The notes: generated by a model not told the origin, from the letters alone. A stretch of 64,000 nt of DNA from a candidate division FCPU426 bacterium (GCA_963840035.1 CAWIXE010000002.1:1088001-1152000), one strand, 5' to 3'; shown: positions 28,318 through 39,073, numbered from the stretch's first letter. A program made the numbers and translations.

Positions 28318-29046
28318 TTACGGTTTACTCTTGTCTCCAGTCTCTTGTCTCGCCATTCTCTCAGACCGTTCTTTAATTCCCCTTATCATCCTGTCCCCCA
28401 TGAAAAAGTTCATGAACCCTGTCAGCCTTGGCCCATACCACATTTCATTTTCCTTTGACGGATAGTATCCGGCACGCCAGCGGACCATCAACCGCGTTTT
28501 ATTCCAGTCCACCTTTTTTAGATAAAATATCCAGGACATATTAACATAATCCTTTGACGTTTCCAGAACCGGCTTATCGCCTTTAACAAAATTCCCGCCA
28601 TGCACGATAAGCGCTATATTTGGTATAACTTTTTCCACTTTAAGCCCCGGCATCTGCGGGTGTAGTATCATTTTTTCCCTGCCGTCGCCTTTATACTGCC
28701 ACAATGGGTTTATTTTATCCGCGTTTTTAAGCTTGCATCCCACAGCGTTTTCAAGCATGGCGTAGCTGTAGAAACCGCCCCTGTCCTGGCCTATCTGATT
28801 GACCCACGGCCATATCTTTTCCGCAGGCGCGTTTATATCTATAGCGTGTGTGTATTGCCAGACGGGAGCCTTGACCAGATTATCCCCCGGTATGGAAGCT
28901 GTCCTGTCCTCTTCAGTATTATCCCATTCCATCCAGGGCATTTTTAAGACAATATAGGCAAGTATGGCAACGCACACCAGAAAAATAACAGTAAAAGAAG
29001 CAAGAAGCCTGCTAAACATCCCCATTTCCTTTTTTACTTCAGCCAT
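28318..29046 (-). CDS. SRPBCC-like membrane-anchored protein
   Basis: PGD.LV, THAIDINAPAEKIWPWVNQIGQDRGGFYSY, MIRGIKERSE. Confidence 0.7.
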   Translation of the reverse strand: MAEVKKEMGMFSRLLASFTVIFLVCVAILAYIVLKMPWMEWDNTEEDRTASIPGDNLVKAPVWQYTHAIDINAPAEKIWPWVNQIGQDRGGFYSYAMLENAVGCKLKNADKINPLWQYKGDGREKMILHPQMPGLKVEKVIPNIALIVHGGNFVKGDKPVLETSKDYVNMSWIFYLKKVDWNKTRLMVRWRAGYYPSKENEMWYGPRLTGFMNFFMGDRMIRGIKERSERMARQETGDKSKP

Positions 29047-29080
29047 AAAACCTCCACTTTAGTGTATTATAATTTCATGG

Positions 29081-29197
29081 TTGGCTCAAAGCTCAAGAGG
29101 CTCAAAGCTCAAGGTAAACCAGTCACGCTCAAGAACTACGATCTTCTTCAACCCAAATTCACTTGAGCCTCTTCAACCCCAATCCAACTTGAGCCAA
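29081..29197. repeat. Short-period (GCTCAA) imperfect inverted repeat
   Basis: ttggctcaaagctcaagaggctcaaagctcaag ... cttgagcc ... ttgagccaa. Confidence 0.65.
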
Positions 29198-29199
29198 AT

Positions 29200-31233
29200 T
29201 CACTTATCCAAACTTTCCCTTGACTCGTTTACTTTTTCCATAAGCACCAGAAGGTTGTTCTGTGTTTCCTTTGAGGGCGTAATCCCATACAGGTACTTCA
29301 TCCAGTATAAAGCTTTTTTCTGATCCTCTTTCAGGCATATCTGAATAAGCACGTTAATGGCCGCGTAATCATACGGGTTTATCTGTACGGCCCTTTCCAT
29401 ATGGTTTAAGGCTTCCGAAAAATCATTCAGGTATGAAAAGCACATAAAACTTACCAGGTTTTCTACAGATGCGCTGTCGTAAGCTATGTTCAACGCGCCG
29501 TCCCTGAAGAGCTCATATTGGCCCCTTCTTCCCTTATACGCGCCATATTCTGCGCGTTTCAGCAGGAAGCGCGCCAGGACCTCCCTGTAATACACATCAA
29601 CCCTGTTATTATTAAAATAATCCCTGAATACCATGGCCGCGAGAAACGCTTCCGCGTCATACTTCTTTTCGCCCTGTTTGTATATTCTGTAAAGCATCCC
29701 GTATGGATAAGAACTTAAGCCCTGGTCAGAAAAAGACGCAGGCGTTGTATAATATGTATTGCCCTTACCGCTGAAAATAACTGACAATTCCGCCTGCTTT
29801 TTTAAAAGCATGGTTATCTTTGCCCGCGTTTCAGCTATATTAATATCCTTTAATTTCTCAAATTTTAGCCGCACATCCGCTTCCCTGTAATTGCGGTATA
29901 TGGAGGTATCAAGAAAGTTCGAGGTCCGGTCATACAGGTTTATTTCCGGGTATTTTTTCTTTACGTATTTCATATACATAAGGTTAAAAACCTGAAAATC
30001 CTCCTCGGCAAAAACCGAATCGCCGGGTTTTAACGGCGCCAGCAGGCTGTTAACATAATCATAAGAGAGGAACTTCCGTGAGCTGTCATTCACAGGGTAT
30101 CCGGCTATTAAAAGCCACAGCGGCAGCGCGAACATGACACCCGCCGCCGCAGGCGCGAAAACCTTGTTTTTACCGCCTGCTTTAAGCAGCCATCCTGCGC
30201 CGGCAGCCATTATTATCACGCATGGCAGTTCCATGAAAAGCTGATACGGCGAGTTCGTGTACAGATTCATAGGCGCCATGGAATTGCGCGTTAAAAGTAT
30301 CAGCGCCGCGATGTTCAGCGTTAAAAAAATCCCTGTAACGAAAAAAAACTTTGGCTTTTTTAACGCCATGAACAGCAGTCCCACCCCGAGGAAGGCTGTG
30401 CCTGCCTTGTATGAATAGACAAACTGGCTGATAATGGCATTGAGTTTAAACATAAATATGTCCCTGTTTATTGGAATCAGCTGGCCTTCTAGGTATACTT
30501 TCCTCAGCACATGATTAAGTATCTGCGCCGGGGTTTTTATCTCACCCCACCACACGACAGGCGAGGCTGCCTGCCTGATTAAAAGGTAAAGATACGGGGT
30601 AACGGCCGAGAGAATAAATAACAGCATCCCTCCTGTCAGAAGCCCCGGATTCCTCCTTAAGCACAAAACAGAAAGTATGATCACTATAAAAAAAGACGTA
30701 AGCGAAGCTGACTGATGAAGTACCGGCAGGGCTCCGGCTAAGTACATAGCCATCAGAAAATCCTCTTTTTCACCCTCAAACACATACCTGAAGGCATAAT
30801 AGAGCGCTCCGGCCTGAGCCAGAAGCGTCAGGATATATATGGAACCTTTTGCCTGGTTCGCGTTGAACCAGAACTGGTATGAAAAAATAAACACCAGCGA
30901 AAAACACATTGCCACAAGGCTGTAGTAGAGAGGCTTTTTCGGGGTAAAATAATGAATCAGCAGGTAATTTATAAGCCCGTACACGGCCAGAAAAACAAGC
31001 GCGCCGAAAAAAGCCGCCATAAAATTCATGGCAAGCCCGGGGTCCCCCGCGGGTATAAACGTGAATATCTTTGATATAAGCATGTTTAATGAGTATCCCG
31101 GCGGATGTCCTATGCCAAGCGTATACGCGGAGGCTATTATCTCGCCGCTGTCTCCCAGGTAAGGCGCCGGCGGCGCCGTGGATATGAAAACGCCAAAAAC
31201 CACAAGCGCTGCGGCTGTCAGCGCAAATTTCAT
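29200..31233 (-). CDS. DUF2723 (TMEM260-like) GT-C membrane protein with C-terminal TPR
   Basis: GDSGEI...LGIGHPPGY signature, multi-TM core, TPR tail. Confidence 0.88.
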   Translation of the reverse strand: MKFALTAAALVVFGVFISTAPPAPYLGDSGEIIASAYTLGIGHPPGYSLNMLISKIFTFIPAGDPGLAMNFMAAFFGALVFLAVYGLINYLLIHYFTPKKPLYYSLVAMCFSLVFIFSYQFWFNANQAKGSIYILTLLAQAGALYYAFRYVFEGEKEDFLMAMYLAGALPVLHQSASLTSFFIVIILSVLCLRRNPGLLTGGMLLFILSAVTPYLYLLIRQAASPVVWWGEIKTPAQILNHVLRKVYLEGQLIPINRDIFMFKLNAIISQFVYSYKAGTAFLGVGLLFMALKKPKFFFVTGIFLTLNIAALILLTRNSMAPMNLYTNSPYQLFMELPCVIIMAAGAGWLLKAGGKNKVFAPAAAGVMFALPLWLLIAGYPVNDSSRKFLSYDYVNSLLAPLKPGDSVFAEEDFQVFNLMYMKYVKKKYPEINLYDRTSNFLDTSIYRNYREADVRLKFEKLKDINIAETRAKITMLLKKQAELSVIFSGKGNTYYTTPASFSDQGLSSYPYGMLYRIYKQGEKKYDAEAFLAAMVFRDYFNNNRVDVYYREVLARFLLKRAEYGAYKGRRGQYELFRDGALNIAYDSASVENLVSFMCFSYLNDFSEALNHMERAVQINPYDYAAINVLIQICLKEDQKKALYWMKYLYGITPSKETQNNLLVLMEKVNESRESLDK

Positions 31234-33767
31234 TTTGATTTTCCTTTTATCATTTTGAATGCTTCAAACCACATAACGCTGAATAATCCGGCGGCTAGGC
31301 ATATGAGGAAGTCGGTAATATGCAGCGGGGCAAAGCTGAAAAGCTGCCGTAAGAAAGGGACATATAAAACAGCCACCAAAAGCGTAAACGCGCCTGATAC
31401 CACCCACCACATGGCCGGATTCGGGTCACGAAGCACGCTCCATATGGACCTTGTCCAGGAAAGGTTTGTCAGTATAAGGCTTAGGTTGGATATGACAAGC
31501 GTCGCAAAAGCCATGGCCCTTGCTTCTTCCTCGGACGCGGATGTTTTTCCTGTAATCATGTATACAGCCATGATAACCGCCAGGACAATCACCCCCTGAA
31601 GCAGGCTTATAATGACAGACTTTTTCCCGAAAACCTTTTCATTTTGGCCGCGCGGTTTCCTGTGCATGACATCCTTTTCCTCAGGCTCCGCCTCAAACAC
31701 CGTGGAACACGCCGGGTCAATGATAAGTTCAAGGAAAACAATATGGACCGGCATGAGTATCAGCGGCCATTTAAAGAATACAGGCAGCAGCGACAGTCCC
31801 GCTATCGGCACATGCACTGAAACAATGTAGGACAATGCCTTCTTAATATTATCAAATATGCGGCGGCCCATCCTGACCGCCTGGACAATGGATGTAAAAT
31901 CATCCTCCAGAAGCACCAGCGACGAAGCCTCACGCGCCACGTCAGTCCCCCTTTTTCCCATGGCAATGCCGATATGCGCGGACTTAAGCGCGGGCGCGTC
32001 ATTTACGCCGTCACCCGTCATTGCCGTGACTTCGCCATTTGCCTTAAAAGCGTTGACAATCTTCAGTTTCTGCTCGGGCACGACTCTGGCAAATATATTT
32101 GTTTCCTTTACCGCAGCTTTCAGTTCAGCGTCGCTCATCGTGTCGAGTTGCGGTCCGGTAATTATCAGGTGGCTTGACTTAAGCCCAATCTTCTCGGCGA
32201 TCGCCTTCGCCGTCCCTGGATAATCGCCCGTAATCATGACAACCCTGATGCCGGCGTCGTAACACTCCGTGATTGACCCCTTGACTTCCGGACGCACAGG
32301 GTCAGCCAGCCCGACGAGCCCAAGGAAATCAAATTTAAAATCATGCTGGTCATCCGGAAGGCTGTCGCAGCCGAACCCTGCCTTCGCGACGCCAAGCACC
32401 CTTAACCCGTGCCCCGCCATTTCATTGACCTTTTTTATTAGTTCTTCCCTCTTTGCCGGCTCCAGATGGCACAGGTCCATAATCGCCTCGGGCGCGCCTT
32501 TACAGCCCACGACGCAGCTGCCGTCCGAAGGTTTTTTCCATACATGCGAGAGCGCCAGCATTTTTTTTGACAGGGGGTATTCTTTTATGAATTCATGGGT
32601 CTGATATATCCTTTTCGCGCCGGACGAAAAAATGTTTTCAAGTTTTTTAAAGGCTTTTTCCATAGGATCAAAAGGGTCCTTCTGGCATGAAAGAATCCCG
32701 TATTCCGCTATTTCGTCAAGGCCTGCGTCCAGCTTCTTTCCCTCAGTCACCGGATAAAAGACGCCGTTTGAGTATATCTCCTCTATCGTCATCATGTTCA
32801 TGGTAAGCGTCCCTGTCTTATCAACGCACAAAACCGTTGCCGAGCCAAGCGTCTCAATTACAGGCACGCGTCTTGTAAGCACTTTTTTCTTTGACATGCG
32901 CCATGCGCCGAGCGCGAAAAATATGGTAAGCACGACCGGAAATTCTTCCGGCAGCAGGGCCATAGCCAGGGAAAGCCCTGCCAGAAAGCCTTTTATCCAG
33001 TCAGCGCGCGTTAATCCGTATATGACAAAAACGAGCAGGCATAACACAACGCCTATCACGGCTATTTTCTTTACCAGGTCCGATATTTCTTTCTGCAGGA
33101 GAGTGTTTTCCTGCTCCACTTTTTGAAGGGCTTTTCCTATTTTCCCGAGTTCAGTCAGGGACCCGGTAGTCTTAATTAACACCACACCCTGCCCCTGGAC
33201 AATCATTGTCCCCGAGAAAACCGACGAAAGGTCATCCCCTCCCGGTTTCTCAAGCCCGTCTTCCCTTTTTCCGGCTGATTTCCTCACCGGAACAGATTCC
33301 CCGGTTAAAAGGGATTCATCCGCGGAGAGGTTATTATTCCATATGATCACGCCGTCCGCCGGCACCCTGTCGCCTTCCGAGAGTATTACAAGGTCCTCAG
33401 GAACAACTTCCTTGCCGGCTATCCTTATCTGTGTTCCGTCCCTGATTACAAGCGCCCTCGGGCTTGACAGGTCGCGCAACGCTTCCAGCGCGTTCTCTGT
33501 TTTTCTTTCCTGATAAAATGTAATGCCCATTACAACAAACACAAACCCAAGCAGCATCATGGCTTCCTGTAGATCCCCAAGCAGAAGGTATAAAAGGCCG
33601 CATGACACCAGCAGGATAAACATTGGTTCCTTTATGACCTCAAAGGCTACGACAAATATGGAACGCTTTTTTGAAGACGGCAGTTCATTGGGTCCATATT
33701 TTGCCAGGTTAACTTCAACTTCGCTCTGAGTGAGGCCTTTTAGTTCCTTGGGGTTAATCTCTGCCAT
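31230..33767 (-). CDS. Cation-translocating P-type ATPase (Ca2+/P2 type)
   Basis: TGES, PEE, DKTGT, TGD, GDGVNDAP. Confidence 0.93.
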   Translation of the reverse strand: MAEINPKELKGLTQSEVEVNLAKYGPNELPSSKKRSIFVVAFEVIKEPMFILLVSCGLLYLLLGDLQEAMMLLGFVFVVMGITFYQERKTENALEALRDLSSPRALVIRDGTQIRIAGKEVVPEDLVILSEGDRVPADGVIIWNNNLSADESLLTGESVPVRKSAGKREDGLEKPGGDDLSSVFSGTMIVQGQGVVLIKTTGSLTELGKIGKALQKVEQENTLLQKEISDLVKKIAVIGVVLCLLVFVIYGLTRADWIKGFLAGLSLAMALLPEEFPVVLTIFFALGAWRMSKKKVLTRRVPVIETLGSATVLCVDKTGTLTMNMMTIEEIYSNGVFYPVTEGKKLDAGLDEIAEYGILSCQKDPFDPMEKAFKKLENIFSSGAKRIYQTHEFIKEYPLSKKMLALSHVWKKPSDGSCVVGCKGAPEAIMDLCHLEPAKREELIKKVNEMAGHGLRVLGVAKAGFGCDSLPDDQHDFKFDFLGLVGLADPVRPEVKGSITECYDAGIRVVMITGDYPGTAKAIAEKIGLKSSHLIITGPQLDTMSDAELKAAVKETNIFARVVPEQKLKIVNAFKANGEVTAMTGDGVNDAPALKSAHIGIAMGKRGTDVAREASSLVLLEDDFTSIVQAVRMGRRIFDNIKKALSYIVSVHVPIAGLSLLPVFFKWPLILMPVHIVFLELIIDPACSTVFEAEPEEKDVMHRKPRGQNEKVFGKKSVIISLLQGVIVLAVIMAVYMITGKTSASEEEARAMAFATLVISNLSLILTNLSWTRSIWSVLRDPNPAMWWVVSGAFTLLVAVLYVPFLRQLFSFAPLHITDFLICLAAGLFSVMWFEAFKMIKGKSK

Positions 33768-33778
33768 GTTTGTCCTTT

Positions 33779-33865
33779 GTAGAGATGGGGTTCACCACAT
33801 CTCAAACCCGGATTTTCACTTAAACCGGTTTTTCGCCTTGAGACGGGGATAAACCCCGTCTCTAC
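33779..33865. repeat. REPIN, GTAGAGAC/TG family
   Basis: gtagagatggggttcaccacatctcaa ... ttgagacggggataaaccccgtctctac. Confidence 0.75.
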
Positions 33866-34902
33866 AATAATGATTTTAATTTTTCAAAAACCAATTCCGG
33901 CGTTATCTGTGACATGCAGTCGTCATTTTCGCAACTTATCTTATCACACGGCCTGCAATCGACAGCCGCTGCCATTACCAGATTATCTTTATCCGGGTTT
34001 GCCCAGCCTTTATCATTTGTCGGCCCGAATAATCCGATTGTTTTTAACCCGAGTGCCTGCGCCATGTGCCTTGGCCCGCCGTCATTTGCGACAAGCAAAT
34101 TTCCGCCCGAGATTATTACTATCAGTTCTCTGAGCCCCACTGCGGGTATTATATAAACGCCTTTAATGGCGGCCAGCGCGTCCAGGAGTTCCATCGGGTC
34201 TGACGGGCCCCACAGTATAAAAATCTTTGAATCCTTAACGCCTGCCGTTATCATTTTTGCCAGTTCCACCCAGTAACGGTCCGGCCATTTCTTTGTGGCC
34301 CATGTGCCTGAAACGCCGAACAAAATTATTTTGCCGTTTCGCGCGCCGGTATAATTATTATAAAAAGAACCAGCCCTTTCCTTCTCCACGCCGGACACTT
34401 TCAGGACAGGCCCGGTTTCAGCCGCATCAAATGGCACTTCCTCTTTTACGAGGGCGAGAAACCTCTCCGCCATATACCTGTCCGCGGCGTCATACTTAAC
34501 GCGCCTGTCATAAAACCTGTTATAAAGGGCCCTTTTCTTCTGGTTTATCCAAAAGCCTATCTTCCTGGCGGCTTTTATAAAAAAGGAAATATAAACCGAA
34601 TAATAGCTGCTTTCAAAATCAAAAAAATAATCATATTTTTCTTTTGAGAACATCCCGCGTAAAAAACCGGCTATAAAAAAAATCCCGAAATCGCGCGGAA
34701 GAAAATGTTTTGCCTGTTTAAGCTCTATGATTTTATCTATGTACGGATTATTATAGAGTACCGGGGCGGCCTTTGCCTCGGTCATATAGTGTATCTCAGC
34801 CCCCGGAAAAAGTTCCTTTGCTTTTTTTACGGCAGGGGTTGTCAGGAGCACATCCCCTATGGCGCCAAGCCTGAAAAAAAGTATTTTTTTAGTATCCGGC
34901 AT
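33862..34902 (-). CDS. Glycosyltransferase family 9 (heptosyltransferase-like)
   Basis: RLGAIGDVLLTTP, KKWP, NDGGPRHMA, LFGPT, C.PC...C. Confidence 0.9.
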   Translation of the reverse strand: MPDTKKILFFRLGAIGDVLLTTPAVKKAKELFPGAEIHYMTEAKAAPVLYNNPYIDKIIELKQAKHFLPRDFGIFFIAGFLRGMFSKEKYDYFFDFESSYYSVYISFFIKAARKIGFWINQKKRALYNRFYDRRVKYDAADRYMAERFLALVKEEVPFDAAETGPVLKVSGVEKERAGSFYNNYTGARNGKIILFGVSGTWATKKWPDRYWVELAKMITAGVKDSKIFILWGPSDPMELLDALAAIKGVYIIPAVGLRELIVIISGGNLLVANDGGPRHMAQALGLKTIGLFGPTNDKGWANPDKDNLVMAAAVDCRPCDKISCENDDCMSQITPELVFEKLKSLL

Positions 34903-34903
34903 G

Positions 34904-35443
34904 TTACCGCCTTGACCGGCGTCCGCCGCTCTCTTTTGACGCGTTTAACATCTTCATCTTATATGAGCCGAGTATGTCGTTTATATGTTTTTCCTTGCCC
35001 GAATCCAGGAACAACGCGGAGCATTCCTCGCATATTTCCGCTGTCATCCTGCCGATTGTTTTAGTCACCATTTTTTTTGCGCAAAACGGGCATATAAGAA
35101 ACGGGGGTTTTTCCCTTTTTTCAAAATATGGCGGGGTTATGTGGCTGTCTTCCAGCGGCCCCGGGATTATCACCTTGGGGTCACCTGCCTGCATTTTCAT
35201 CAGGACTTCTTTTTTATATGCCGTGGATCCGCATTCGGCGCAGTGCAGCATGTCAAAAGCGCCTATCTTGCCCGGGTATATGGGCAGCTTGCACACAGGA
35301 CAATTAGTCAGCTTAATTCCAACCCCGGCCATGCCTGATGATTTGTCATATGAAGTAAGGACATGCTTGCAATTTTGGCAGAATTTTTCCTCACCCTGCA
35401 AAGGGTCGTCACAGCGCGGGCATTTGCTTAATCCGTGCGCCAT
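34904..35443 (-). CDS. Multiple zinc-ribbon (zf-TFIIB-like) protein
   Basis: Six CxxC pairs; ATG 35443 overlaps the SDR stop (TAATG). Confidence 0.7.
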   Translation of the reverse strand: MAHGLSKCPRCDDPLQGEEKFCQNCKHVLTSYDKSSGMAGVGIKLTNCPVCKLPIYPGKIGAFDMLHCAECGSTAYKKEVLMKMQAGDPKVIIPGPLEDSHITPPYFEKREKPPFLICPFCAKKMVTKTIGRMTAEICEECSALFLDSGKEKHINDILGSYKMKMLNASKESGGRRSRR

Positions 35444-36291
35444 TATAAGCCGACCAGTTTTTCGCTTACTTCCCATAATTTTTTGGCTATTGCCATATCA
35501 CGCGCTTCATTTGACGGTGTTATCTGTTTCCGGGCTGAAAAATATTTTCCTGTTACCCCTTCAACTTCCGGTGATGACGCGAGATAGACAGTGGTCCTTG
35601 CGCCCTGTTTCGGTGTTTCCATCATGAAACCAAAAACTTTATAAATAAAATTATTTATTGCGCTGCCCTGATCCGCAAAATGCGTGTTTACCACGCCCGG
35701 ATGCAGGCTGTTAGAAGTAACACCCGTCCCTTTGATCCTGTTTGACAGTTCAAGCGAAAATAACACGTTCGCAAGTTTTGACTGGCTGTATGCCTTCATG
35801 TCGTTGTAACCCTTTTCAGACATAATGTCATCAAAATCAATATGGCCGAAGGTATGCGCCACCGAAGCCGTGTTTACAACCCTTGAAGGCGCGCTCTTTT
35901 TTAAAAGAGGCAGCAGCAGGTTAGTCAGTAAAAACGGAGCCAGGTGGTTTACCCCGAACGTCCATTCAAATCCATCCTCGGTCAGTTTGCGCGAACCAAA
36001 TATTTTTCCCGCGTTATTAATCAGCACATCAAGCTTCGTGCATTTCTCATTTACTTCCTTTGCCAGCGCGCGCACATTTTTCAAAGATGAAAAGTCGCAT
36101 AGTATGAGTTGCACATTGTCATTTGAGGTCTTAACCTTTACCATATCCAGGGCTTCCTGGCCTGTCTTCGGGTCCCTTGCCACCATTATAACCTTTGCCG
36201 ACATCCAAGCTAAAGCAAGCGCCGTTTCAAGCCCTATCCCTGAATTAGCCCCTGTTATCAGAACTGTTTTACCCTTCATTTCTTCAGACAT
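35443..36291 (-). CDS. SDR oxidoreductase (retinol dehydrogenase-like)
   Basis: TGANSGIG, NNAG, YSQSK, HPGVVNT. Confidence 0.92.
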   Translation of the reverse strand: MSEEMKGKTVLITGANSGIGLETALALAWMSAKVIMVARDPKTGQEALDMVKVKTSNDNVQLILCDFSSLKNVRALAKEVNEKCTKLDVLINNAGKIFGSRKLTEDGFEWTFGVNHLAPFLLTNLLLPLLKKSAPSRVVNTASVAHTFGHIDFDDIMSEKGYNDMKAYSQSKLANVLFSLELSNRIKGTGVTSNSLHPGVVNTHFADQGSAINNFIYKVFGFMMETPKQGARTTVYLASSPEVEGVTGKYFSARKQITPSNEARDMAIAKKLWEVSEKLVGL

Positions 36292-36316
36292 AAAATCCCT
36301 CCCTTAAAACAAGATC

Positions 36317-36340
36317 GAGACGCATTCAATGCGCCTCTAC
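36317..36340. repeat. Single REP
   Basis: gagacgcattcaatgcgcctctac, hairpin plus CTAC. Confidence 0.6.
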
Positions 36341-36344
36341 AAAA

Positions 36345-36920
36345 CTAAGCCCTGGTTTTTTTTATAAGCCATGCCATGTTCTTTCCGAGTGTCCTGAAAG
36401 TCTTTATGCCTTCCTCATCCTTTTGCACTTCCCCCGCTTCCCTGGCCAGGGCCATGTTCCAGTATGACGAAGTGGCTATGGGCATCTGAAGTATGCCAAA
36501 GAAAAAATTTATGGCCGCGTATGTAAAATTGGATCCGGCCCTGCGCACTGCCACCACCGGCGTGCCTATCTTGTTTTTTAACATGTCATCATTCGCGCGC
36601 GCCACCTGCCCGCATCTTTCGATTAACGCCTTTGTATTAGTAGTCATGGACCCGTAGTAAACCGGCGAGCCTATGATGATTCCGTCCGCGGCATCCATTT
36701 TTTCAATATATGAATTCATGTCATCGTCCTTAATAACGCATTTTTTATCCTTGTTCTCACGGCACTTGAAACATGCAATGCACCCGGAAAGCCTTTTTAA
36801 GCCTATATTAACAAGCTCAACCTCGATGCCCTCGATTGTAAGTTCCTCAAAAACGTAATGTATGGACTGCGCAGTATTCCCGTCTTTTCTGGGGCTGCCG
36901 TTAAACGCGACAACTTTCAT
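36345..36920 (-). CDS. Iron-sulfur flavoprotein / flavodoxin family protein
   Basis: NGSPRKDGNT, CIACFKC..C, GSPVYYG; GGAGG before ATG 36920. Confidence 0.9.
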   Translation of the reverse strand: MKVVAFNGSPRKDGNTAQSIHYVFEELTIEGIEVELVNIGLKRLSGCIACFKCRENKDKKCVIKDDDMNSYIEKMDAADGIIIGSPVYYGSMTTNTKALIERCGQVARANDDMLKNKIGTPVVAVRRAGSNFTYAAINFFFGILQMPIATSSYWNMALAREAGEVQKDEEGIKTFRTLGKNMAWLIKKTRA

Positions 36921-37221
36921 GGATTCCTCCGTGATGGATGCGGGATTTAATGATAGAATCATATAAATCCTCTTAATGCCACAGATTTGGCATAAAAACT
37001 GTATTTATATAGGTTATTTTATCATTTATCAGGGGATATGACAACCGAAAAGGTTTATAGTGCATCCATGCTGTGGCTTGAGCGATGCAGGCTGGGTATT
37101 CAAAAGCGCATAAACACGTGCAACATCTAACATTCAACCTTCACCCATATAGCGCCAACTCCTCTTTACCATCAGGGCTAATTATAGTATAATTACCTAT
37201 CATAATTTTGAAGGAGTTATC

Positions 37222-37578
37222 ATGGCATTAATTAACTGCATCAGGTGTGGCAAGGTGTTTTCGCCAGAAAAGATAACAAATGTCTGCCCTGACTGCGTAC
37301 AAAAAGAGAACGCCGACCTTAAAAAAGTGACCGACTACCTGCGCGACTACCCTATGGCTAATGTCATCGAGGTATCGGAGCGCACCGGTGTTGACGCCAT
37401 GCAGATTTTCAGGTTTGTAAAGGCCGGAAGCCTGCGCATAACCGCGCCGCCTGAGGCTTATAAATGCAGGATGTGCGGCAAGGACGTAAAAAAAGGCACT
37501 TTGTGCCAGGATTGTATGGATAAGGTAAAGGAACTAAAGGAATCAATCAAGAAAAAAGCTAAAAAGAATAAGAGGTAA
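37222..37578 (+). CDS. YvyF-like zinc-ribbon/HTH protein
   Basis: NCIRCGKVF..CPDC, KVTDYLR, EVSERTGV, CRMCG...LCQDC; AAGGAG RBS. Confidence 0.75.
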   Translation: MALINCIRCGKVFSPEKITNVCPDCVQKENADLKKVTDYLRDYPMANVIEVSERTGVDAMQIFRFVKAGSLRITAPPEAYKCRMCGKDVKKGTLCQDCMDKVKELKESIKKKAKKNKR

Positions 37579-37986
37579 TTACTTTTTTTCTTTTACATAC
37601 CCCGCCATTTTTAGGTCGTTTTTCTCTATGTGAAGCAGGAACCAGCCTGTCAGGCGCTCGTTTATTTCCTTCGCGAAATCAGGGCCTGTCCTGCCGGAAG
37701 CCGCTATCTTATCAATGACTTTCAGCTCATCATAAAAATATTCATGCAGCTTATAATGCCCCGCTTTTGCCGGATACTCGCTGTCTTTCATCAAGCCGCC
37801 CTCGGTCTTAAAATGCGCAATCGCCTTCTTTTCAAGTGCCGCGACAGCTTTTTTTACTGCAGGGTAAGCGTCGGAATTCCCGACCGCGTCAGCCAGCGCC
37901 GTGCATGCCGCGATGAATTCCTTATGCTGTTTGTCTATGACGGAAATCCCGGTTAAAAGCTTTTTAGTAAGTTCATATTTTGCCAT
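37579..37986 (-). CDS. Single-domain bacteriohemerythrin
   Basis: IDKQH, HFKTE, HYKLH, HIEKND iron ligands. Confidence 0.88.
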   Translation of the reverse strand: MAKYELTKKLLTGISVIDKQHKEFIAACTALADAVGNSDAYPAVKKAVAALEKKAIAHFKTEGGLMKDSEYPAKAGHYKLHEYFYDELKVIDKIAASGRTGPDFAKEINERLTGWFLLHIEKNDLKMAGYVKEKK

Positions 37987-38061
37987 GTTAAAACCTCCGT
38001 GTTTTTTTATATAATACCACTAACGGCAGTGGATTTCAACCCGTTATAATTCGCTTTAAAT

Positions 38062-39015
38062 TTATAACACGCCCCGTCTTTTCATCCCGGCCACCGAATC
38101 TTTATAACCGGCCAGGGTTGAAAATTTAAAGCGGTACCCATACCTTTTCACGAGCTTTGACGGATCCGCGATAATGCCATACGCGTTAAGGTCCATGGCA
38201 GCAGGCATAAAACCTGAAAGCCTTAAGCGCCACATGATGCCAATAATAGCTTTTACAAGCCATAACGGCAGATTAAGGAATGTTTTAGCAGGCTCAAGTT
38301 CCCTAATCGGGCAATAATCATCAGGAACAAGGTTATAAGTGCCTTGTATATCCTTATCTCTTATTATCTTATGAATTAACAATGCAAGATCATGCTGATG
38401 TATTAGCTGCATGTTAAGAAAACTTCCCCCGAATTTGATAAGGAACGGCGATTTAACCATCAGCTCGACAAGCCCGCCTTTCTTGTATTCATCAGGCCCG
38501 ATTGCCGTGCACATCCTGACAATCACAAACTTAAGGCCCTTTCTGCTTTTAAAGCTGTTTATGTATTCTTCAACCTCCTTCTTATTGACGCCATACCTGT
38601 ATCCTCCCGGCGCAAGCGGCTGTGTCTCCTTTATCCATGGCCGGTTATCCGGCCTGCCGCCGTAAGCGCTCGTGGAGCTGAATTCAATGAATTGCCTGAC
38701 AGACATTGTTTTATTTGCGGCGTTAATTACGTTAATGGAGCCGTTAACATCCACATTGAATTCCCTGCGCTCATCGTGCAGTGATTTCATGAGGTACGCG
38801 AGGTGTATGACGTGGGTGGGTTTTTCAGCGCTGAAGATCTTTAAAACAGCCGCAGCATCAGTTACGCTGGCTTTTATAAACTTAAAGTATTTTCCGGGTA
38901 TGAGCAGGTTGTTTTCCGCGGTATCAACCCCGATGACGGGTATGCGCTTTGTGATGAAATATTTTACAAGGAAGAAACCGACGTTGCCGGAAGAGCCGGT
39001 GATAAGGATACGCAT
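38062..39015 (-). CDS. NAD-dependent epimerase/dehydratase
   Basis: MRILITGSSGNVG, HLAY, SSTSAYG, YGVNK; track start 39051 is an alternative. Confidence 0.88.
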   Translation of the reverse strand: MRILITGSSGNVGFFLVKYFITKRIPVIGVDTAENNLLIPGKYFKFIKASVTDAAAVLKIFSAEKPTHVIHLAYLMKSLHDERREFNVDVNGSINVINAANKTMSVRQFIEFSSTSAYGGRPDNRPWIKETQPLAPGGYRYGVNKKEVEEYINSFKSRKGLKFVIVRMCTAIGPDEYKKGGLVELMVKSPFLIKFGGSFLNMQLIHQHDLALLIHKIIRDKDIQGTYNLVPDDYCPIRELEPAKTFLNLPLWLVKAIIGIMWRLRLSGFMPAAMDLNAYGIIADPSKLVKRYGYRFKFSTLAGYKDSVAGMKRRGVL

Positions 39016-39073
39016 GAACACCCCATTTTTTAATATTTTAATATAGGACATTCGTCAAATAGCTATTTGCAGT

